This document shows, in pieces, positions 1 to 64,000 of a DNA stretch of 64,000 nucleotides. A model generated the notes under the pieces. That model did not search any database, was not told where the DNA came from, and was given only the letters and a program-made list of their open reading frames with translations. Each line of letters opens with the position of its first letter. Position 1 is the first letter of the stretch. The stretch spans positions 31,682,001 to 31,746,000 of the forward strand of contig CM022672.1 in the NCBI GenBank assembly GCA_012295275.1, in the 5' to 3' direction. Both the position numbers and the translations under genes were made by a program. Source of the stretch: Chrysomallon squamiferum. Lineage: Eukaryota; Animalia; Mollusca.

Positions 1-752
1 AAGAAAATAATTATAATAAAATATCAGTAATGTCTATATAAAGTGAGGTATCTAAATGTAATAACTATAAATAGTATCTACTCAAAATGTACTTGTGATA
101 TCTTTAAATATAACATAATGATAAACAGTGTCTATTTAAAGTGTGTTTGTGATGTTCCTGAATATAATAATAATGTAAATAATGTCTACTGAAGCTGTAC
201 TTGAGATGTGGATAAATATAAATGATGTCTACTCAAACTGTAATGTGTGGTTATTTCTAAAATATAATGAATATAATGAACTGTGTACTTGTGATGTCTC
301 CAAAAACAATAAAAATAAACATACTGTATCTACTCAAAATGTATTTGTGCTGTCTGTAAATACGCATGTGTGTGCTTGGAGCATATTTTGTTGGTGTTCA
401 TTAATGTATAGTAATTATTAGAAAAGTAAACAAAATGAAAAAAAAATGAAAAAAAATAATGATCATTACTAATCATAACTGGCAAGTCTTTGAAGAAAGT
501 TTATCTTTCACTACAACTACTACAACACCTCCTACTGCTCACAACAACTACTACTTCATCACTTCCACTGTATCATTACAGATACAATGCCATACTGCTA
601 CTACAGTTAGTACTATTTATACCAGTACTGATAATATTGCTACTGCTGCTACTACTACTTACTACTTATACCCATACAACTACTACTACTGCTACTATTA
701 ATATTAATACTACTTACACTGCTGTTATTACTACTATTTATACTCATACTCA

Positions 753-790
<38 letters not shown>

Positions 791-1235
791 TGTATACCCT
801 TACTAATACTAATTTTACTATTATTATTAATTTTACTACTCCTGTAATTACTACTAATGCAGCTACTGTTACTAAACTGTATTATTACATTCTTATTAGC
901 AGTAGTAGTAATATTATTACTATTATTCTACTATATTATTTACTGCAATGTACTGATATTACTAATGCTACTACTACTATTTCTACTAGCACACTGCACT
1001 ATTACCATTTGGTTACTACTAACACTATATCAGTACAACTACTATTACTACTACTAATAATAATAATAATACAAGTCTTAATACTATTACTGCTAGAAGC
1101 TGTAACTACTACAGCTGCTTCTGCTACTATTACTACTACTACTACTACTACTACTACTATGACAGCTGCTTCTGCTACTATTACTAGTCTTACTATTACT
1201 ATTACTACTAGAAGCTGTATAAGTGAAATACTTAC

Positions 1236-56191
<54,956 letters not shown>

Positions 56192-56475
56192 GTTGCCGGA
56201 GAGGGGAGACGCAGTGACGGAAGAGAGAAACGTGAGAAGAGTTTATCAGCCTGTCTCCACTTCTATTGTCGCACTTTTCCCGCATTCAGCATTTTGTCCG
56301 CGGAACAATTTTCTGATAATAGCAGAGAGAAATGTCCAGCTCCTGACGTAACAGACGAAGAACGAAATGGTAAGACGGGACTGACAAATGGACGGTAACT
56401 GGCCATAATCGAAGAAGTAGATGTTACGCAAACAGACGTACACAAATTTTGTCTACATACGTACGTATGTACGTA

Positions 56476-56778
56476 CAGTGGAACCTCGTTTTACGACCGG
56501 CTTCTGAAAACGAACAAATCGGATTTACGAACCGGCACGTTTTTGTCTCGGTTTACGAATAATGTCCCGAGTTACGAACTGCCCTATCCAATATGGCGCC
56601 CAAGAAAACAGAAAGAAAAATTAATAATAATGCTGGTGGAAAGTGTAAACGTATCACAGAAGAGGTTAAGAAAGAAATAATTGCAAAATATGAGCCTGAC
56701 GTTCATGTGTCTGACATCACTTCGGTTTTACGAACCGAGTTCTGGAACGAATTAAGTTCGTAACACGAGGTTCCACTG
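56476..56778 (+). mobile_element. pogo/Tigger-like DNA transposon internal-deletion derivative (MITE, 303 bp)
   Basis: TA|CAGTGGAACCTCGTTTTACGA ... TCGTAACACGAGGTTCCACTG|TA gives terminal inverted repeats with a TA target duplication. Internal 56593-56763 translates MAPKKTERKINNNAGGKCKRITEEVKKEIIAKYEPDVHVSDI..., resembling the CENP-B/Tigger N-terminal HTH. Confidence 0.88.
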
Positions 56779-57527
56779 TACATATAAATTTGCGTATAAA
56801 TATATTTAGCACGTACGTACGTACAAACAAGTGCGTGAGAAAAATACGTTGGTACATATATACATACTTGCATGGTAATATAATATTAGTAGTACTAAAC
56901 AAACAAACAATAAATAAATAAATAAATTTAATAATAACTGTCATAATTGTAATAATAGTAATAAAAATAATAATAATGAGATAACAACAACTACGATATC
57001 AACAACAACGACAATAATAATACTAGCAGTAGTACTAGTTGTAGTAATAATAATGACAATAATAATAACAACAATAATAATAATAACAATAATAATAATA
57101 ACATAACAATAATGACATAATAATAATAACAATATCATAACAATATATTAATAATCACAACAATATAATAATAATAATAATAACAATATCATAATAATAA
57201 TTACAACAACAACATGACCTAGTTCTGTCAGAAACCTGAAATCACCTTGTGTTTGATTTCTTTGTATGACAGTTTCGCGATTTCTCCTGTGTAACAGGTA
57301 CAAAGTCTAAAACGGTCCTTAATCTCGTATTTGTTTAATTCCAGATCAATTCATTCAACTCGTCAAGCTATCTGACGTCTGCTTATGACGTGGCAGATAG
57401 TGGAAGCATCTGCAGGTTTCAAGTTCGTCTGTTATTCAAACCTTGGTGATAGCAGTGAGGTCACTGTTAGGTCAAACTGCGGAAATATGGGGCCAGAAAT
57501 GTTAAAATAGAAATAATAATAATTATT

Positions 57528-57562
<35 letters not shown>

Positions 57563-58729
57563 GAAAAAAAAAAAGATGTAATTATTGTTATGATTACAGT
57601 TAGAATCAGTAAAAATTATTTTACTGTGATAGAGAAATAGTACTGACTTTTTTTTTTTTATAAATTATATCAGATCATTCGACGTTTAGAAGTGTTACAG
57701 GAAAATTATGGATATTGGCCAAATTAGAATTATTTTTTTATTTTCTCGAAATGGATGGGGGGGGGTATTGCTTCGTAGCGTCAAAACATTTATTCATTAT
57801 GTTTGCGCATGCGTGCACAGTTTGCGCACACAGTGATTGTTTAAAAATGATTTTATAAATTTTTCATTTTTCTTTCTTCTGCTTTGTCATCTTAACTCGA
57901 CTGACTTGGACTTAAAGTAATCACGAAGCATGCAGTTGTTTTAATTCCACAGATCTTAATGACGTGACAAAACAAATATCTGTCCTCCGATTAATAATAA
58001 TAAAAAATATCTGGGCACATAATGTTTTCGTTAGTCTACGTCCAAATCCAAAGATGTTACATTACAAAGATACTAAAATGCGTGGGTGCGTGCGCGCTGA
58101 CGCACAAACGCACAAAAACGCGCGCACGTACATACGGAACAGACAACGCGCTCAGATGGCTGTTCTGACAGGTAAAGAAACCATCCGTTCCATACGTGAT
58201 ACACTGTTCCGTTGTCGCATCCGCAATCCGCATCCGTATCCGTGTGGCAGCACTTATCATAACAAAGAATTAAAACGCTGCGGAACCAAGGCATTATTTT
58301 AAAACTTGGCTCGACTGTAGCTGCAGTTGTTGCTTCGGGTGAAAAGATTCGTGTGACTCCGATTCTTTTAGCAGTTTTTCTTCCGCTGCGTAAAAGTATC
58401 CGATGAAATATTACAGTGACCACGTGACAGTGACCAGTGACAGTGACCAGTGACAGTGACCTTATAATTCTCCTAAACTGTAGGATTACAGTGCAAAGAA
58501 GAATGTATTACAGGTCTGTAACAAACACAACCAGTAACGTAGTTGACAAAAAGTTTCTCGTTCAAGTTTTGTTTAAGAAGACGAGAAAAAAAAAGAGGGA
58601 GGGGTGTGTGTTTCTACTCTCGTAAGCATAAAGTGATTTGCACGCACATATGCGAAGACACACACACACACACACACACACATATAGACACAAATATACA
58701 TAGATACACACACACACACACATATATGT

Positions 58730-58768
<39 letters not shown>

Positions 58769-58955
58769 CACACGCACACATATACACAAACACACACATA
58801 CCCACAAACACACACATGCAGGCAGCATACACCAATAAACATGCACATATAATATTTTAAACACATATGTAATATTAAAAGATCAAAGCAGAATTCTGTA
58901 ATAAGTTTTTATTTTTAAAAAAAAAACAGAAAAAAAACAACAACAATAAACTAAA

Positions 58956-59263
58956 TTAATCGTCTGAAACGGTTTCGTTCTTGCTGTTGGTGAGGATGCA
59001 GCCTGGACACGCGCTGTGTACGTCGGTGCGGTTGTGTCCCTCGTGTCTGCTGATGCTGCCTCCAATCAGACTTGCATATCCTGACACGTCTGTGCTGTGT
59101 TCTTTGTTATCTTTTTCTCTGTCTGGAGTTTTGCTTTGTACGACGAGTCCAGACATGACGCGGACAAGCAAGGAGTCTGTAAGAATTGCTGATTCTTTAG
59201 AATCTTTTCTAGAATCCTTGTCTGTCTCTCTCGCTGGAGAGAGAGAATATGTGAGAGAGACTA

Positions 59264-59350
<87 letters not shown>

Positions 59351-59405
59351 TTAATATACAGGTTTGTAAAAAAATATTAACTACTCACTTAAGATAGACG
59401 CTGAG

Positions 59406-59449
<44 letters not shown>

Positions 59450-59553
59450 TTAACAAAAGATCAACGAATTTGTACTAAATAATAATAAAAATGAAAATGA
59501 AAATAAAAATAAATAAATATACAATTAGAAAAGCCTGGTAAATTACACACACA

Positions 59554-59602
<49 letters not shown>

Positions 59603-59606
59603 CTTT

Positions 59607-59656
<50 letters not shown>

Positions 59657-59947
59657 TACTTACTCCTGTTTTGCCTTCATGAGTGAAGATTCCAATTAGT
59701 AATAACAAAGTTATCTGAAAGATAAAAATAAACATTGTCTGACCGATATAACATACATACTTTTCGACAAAACTCGTGTAATACCGGAGAATACTCTTAT
59801 AATTCACTGCAGGTTTGGTGATCACGTGATTTTTTAAACAGCGGCGGAAACTGACGAAACTTAATACGTGCGTAAATAAATTTATATTATATATTTATAT
59901 ATCGTTTTTGTTTCTGTTTTATGAATCCTTGAAATCATATCATACAT

Positions 59948-60006
<59 letters not shown>

Positions 60007-60590
60007 AAGATGAAGACTGGTTGAACGTGTTTGACACACACACACAAAAAAAAACTTACGAAAATAAGAAATCTACGATAATAAATTAGTTTTAAACAGT
60101 CGGAACGCGTCACAAACTCCATAGCAACTACAACAAAAACTAGAAAACACTTTAACACAAAAAAGTTCTACATCTAACCTGAATGGAGGAAAACATGACT
60201 GAAACTCCCGTATATAGCTGGTGTATGGTTTGGTACTGAGATGAAAAGTTAATAACTCCGTTTAATAACATCCATACAGCCAATGTACATAAATTACTAC
60301 TTCACTCTTTAATTAAGTCAGAGCTGATATTTCTGAATGGCGGATCAGATACAGCAAAATGAAAAAAGGATACTGCCTGTGGTTTTTAAGATGATCAGAC
60401 CTCAATGAGAGATGAAAAGTTTGCCAGTGAATAGTTTTATGAATACGATGACGTTTTTAATGTCTGATTTTCTATGAAGGAAAAATGGTTATTACAAATA
60501 TCCCTGTTCTAACGGAAATAATGTTAAACTTAAAGAATTTTTTTTTTTTTTTTTTTATCGATCGAATTTTCTCATGTGTTTTCTCCTAAG

Positions 60591-60652
<62 letters not shown>

Positions 60653-62008
60653 ACAAAACATACACATTTGTCTAAACTATCTTAACAAGTTAATTCATAA
60701 TGTCTGATCTATTTCAGGGTTAAATATGAACAGAAAATAACAACAACAACAAAAAAAATAATAATAAAATAAACAAATAAATAAAGACCCCTCCAAAATA
60801 AGCTAAAAATACAGACATAACCAGTTACTTATAGAAAATCGTTTTCTCCTTTTCGGCAACAGCATGGTTTTTATATGATTGTAAAAACAATACTGTACGT
60901 TAATAACGAAATGTTTAGTAATATTATCAACAGACGTTTGTCATATACAGAGATCATATCCAGTTAATAACATAGAATTGACACATTTACTGATAACTCT
61001 TATTAATATTTCATTAATTAATTTTTATTTAATTAAAAAAAAAAAAAAAAAAAGAAAACAGGCGGCTACAAAAGGTACTTGACTTTTGAGTGACGCTGTT
61101 TTGACAGTTCAGGGAGATCAGTGCGCATGCGTCGGAAATAAAAACAAATGGCGTTTTCTAAGTTAAAAATAGCCTGAGCAATACGTTAAATTCGAAGTTA
61201 CTAACGGAACTGACCTGTGACTTTCAGTATAAAGTTTAAATAAAACTTTATCTGCAAGAATCTGAAATGGGCTTGAAAAATACAAAAATGTCGAGAAAAA
61301 TACGTTGTGTTGCAAAAACAAACAAATATGCAAATAAATAAATAAATAAATAAATAAATAAAAATAACAAAAAAAAGATAATACTAAATAATATAACTTT
61401 TATGTAAATTTACACAGTATTTATCACATTACTAATACGTCTAAATGAAATAAAAAAAATAAAATAAGAAACGTTTCATAAGTCTAGACAGGCCATGTAA
61501 CATGTATAAAAAATAAGAAACATAGCTATGTACTTTAATTTACTTATTGGGTTTACTACTACTAGAACCACTACTACAGTTACTACTAATAATACTACTT
61601 CTACGGTACAAATACTACAACTAGCACTATTACTATTACTATTACATTTACTACTAATGGGATCTTATTAGATTTACTAATGCTAGTACCACCACAATAA
61701 CTACTATTATTACAACTGATGTGAAAAGCGTATGCATTGTGTGTGCGCGCGTGTGTGTGTGTTTAGATCTCAGTACAGATACACGCATCAAAGGGCTTAG
61801 AGTATTTATATTAGTTTTAAGTGTCAGATGAAGACTGAGAATTTCAGTTTCATTTTCATCAGTTTGGCAGACTTCACTGTGACTAGATTCTCATCTGTTA
61901 TTACAATACGACATATATAAGAGTTTTCAGACAGTGAGTTTTCATCTTTACACTATCAACATGAAGTCTGTACTAGCCATAGTAAGTAGAATTTACTTAA
62001 ACACTCAC

Positions 62009-62045
<37 letters not shown>

Positions 62046-62242
62046 GCTATTATAGTTGTTGCTATTATTATTATTATTATTATTATTATTTGCGTTTGTC
62101 TAATTATTTACATATTTGTGTTTTTGTTTAAAACATGCTACTCATATAATGTGTATAGAAACAGAGAAAAGAACAATTTAAAATATAAGATTTATCCACG
62201 TACACACATGTACACTATCGATAATCCATCAATATTAAACAC

Positions 62243-62321
<79 letters not shown>

Positions 62322-62521
62322 ACACACACAGACACAGATACAGGTGGAGAATGTTGGCGAATAATATCTCTAATGTTCTAAATGTGAGAACATTTATTCA
62401 TATGCATTAATAAAACAGCATCTACAATTCTACGTAATACAATTTGATTCACTCTCATTACCGTTTTAAAGAAGACATCCGATTGTTCCGCGACGTCATG
62501 TCTAGACTGGCCCTTAAACAT
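58956..62521 (-). CDS. Possible small spliced gene upstream of the polycalin gene (reading frame ambiguous)
   Basis: GC-richer island at 58956-59233 with a good acceptor (TTCTCTCTCTCCAG). Candidate exon 59664-59714 (TTCAG|...GGA|GTAAGT, ITLLLLIGIFTHEGKTG). Candidate first exon 62462-62521 (MFKGQSRHDVAEQSDVFFKT|GTAATG). A phase-0 join gives 92 aa ending at TGA 59066. A phase-1 reading of the last exon stays open to TAA at 58956. Confidence 0.3.
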
Positions 62522-63806
62522 GTATAATTAATAAATTTTCAGTCAGTTAATTAAATAATCAGTTTAATGAAAGGAAAGTACATTCCGAACAACATAACGA
62601 CTGAGTTTAACGACTATCAGTCAAAAGTGTTGCTTACTTGCGTTTAAGAATAGTTCGTTTGAAATCTCGTAATAAAGAGAATCATTGTGTCATTGTTTTG
62701 TTAACCACCTATGCGATTATCTTTTCGTGCAGTAACTGAGCACGTGCGTAATTTTGTCCTCTAAATTTGGACTTTGAGTGTCATATAGGTGAACAGATGT
62801 ATTTATTTATTCGTATTTTATTGAAAACATTTTGCTTTATCACGCAAAAAGAAAAAAAAAATGCACTAAATTGTATTCATGTTACAACTAAGTACATCAT
62901 TTACATGCTAAACTTTCTCGTATACTGTTTTTCTGTGTGTTGTGCTTCTAGTGTTGGTATTGTAATATTAATAATATTCTGATCACTTTAACTCCCTCTG
63001 CTAAAATCCGACATAGACAAAAACATAAATATTCATGATATTTACATATACGCTGTACTCAGAGTTCACATGCGGAATATATATTAACTTTCTTTACAAC
63101 TAAACGTATCACGCATAAAATTTAAAATTTATTTTCTGTTACTGTCATTCAGGCGCTAATTTGTAATCCTCAGATTTTTTTTTGCATAATTTCCGTAACT
63201 CTAACTCAGGCATGAAAATTATCTAAATGTTTGCATAATAATAAAAGCTTCTGAATCAAATTCTGAATTTCACGGGTGTTTGTATTGTGTCTAACATCTG
63301 ATTTTATTATCGACTTTGTAGGAAAAAAAATGTCAGATATTTCAGTGATACGTTCTCATATAAAAACAACTTTGTGACGTTATAAATTATCCTCATAAGA
63401 CACTGAAAATAATTAAAAACGTAAATCGCGACAAAGAGGATTTTTTTTTTTTTTTTTTTTAATTTTACTAAACGTATTATAAATAAATATCAGTGTATGC
63501 ATAATTTTTGTACAGAACAAAATAATAAAAACTGCATGTTCGTAAGTAAAACTGGTCGAAAGTTGTATTAGCTATTTTACCGATGTCGTCTTGGATCTGT
63601 TTATCAGTTTGATACCCCAGTTCGAAGTGTCTCGTTAACTAATAGTCATTTAGCAAGTAAGATAACGTTCCAAAGTATCAACAAAAATTTCATAGTCAGG
63701 TACTGAAAGCATTAGTGTATGTATTAGCGGTCTTCGGCACATAACTTTTATGTTACAATCGGGAAGCTGGCAGACGTATTCTACAATGTTATAGACAGTA
63801 AAGAAA

Positions 63807-63843
<37 letters not shown>

Positions 63844-64000
63844 AAGTATAAATTTGTAAAACAAACAAAAGAAAGTCCTAAATGAAAGGGGCACTTCTCA
63901 AATTTTAGGGGGGGGGTGTCCGGACACCTTGGACCCCCCCACTCCTGATCCGCTCGAGACTGTTAATAACGAGGTTTGACTTGCAGTTAATAAAACGATC

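Noticed and set aside
57964-58423. Overlapping non-repetitive ORFs in a CpG-rich patch
   Set aside because: No recognisable domain, no convincing splice sites, and similar-length ORFs on both strands; likely a repeat remnant or regulatory DNA.
58883-59068. In-frame TGA at 59066 followed by 60 open codons as a selenocysteine or read-through site
   Set aside because: No SECIS or selenoprotein motif was recognised, the reading frame itself is uncertain, and open frames are common in GC-richer patches.
63885-63956. G/C-run hairpin (GGGGGGTGTCCGGACACC...CCCCCC...GATCCGC)
   Set aside because: It resembles the terminus of a non-autonomous DNA element, but no matching other end or target duplication is visible, so it cannot be classified.

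Overview
This is AT-rich, microsatellite-saturated animal (invertebrate-like) genomic DNA. Almost all ORFs in the supplied track are simple-repeat artefacts. Splicing by hand on the minus strand reveals one large gene, from an ATG at 56191 (signal peptide) to beyond the left edge of the window. It has 62 coding exons in the window (about 6.85 kb CDS, about 2,280 aa). They encode 12 complete and 1 partial tandem lipocalin domains, each with GxW, TDY-like and (S/T)R motifs and six cysteines arranged as in retinol-binding protein/purpurin. Every domain uses the same 5-exon cassette (intron phases 0,2,1,1, joined to the next domain by a phase-1 intron), so the product is a secreted 'polycalin'-type multi-lipocalin. 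Anomalies: a GC-AG intron after domain 9, a broken 3' end on the third exon of domain 10, an in-frame 33-bp minisatellite of the domain-11 acceptor, and many intronic copies of exon edges and splice sites. The window also holds several TA-flanked Tc1/mariner-pogo MITEs, one carrying a pogo/Tigger transposase N-terminus about 285 bp upstream of the ATG, and a weakly supported small spliced gene at 59-62.5 kb. No database searches were possible; all exon calls are manual.
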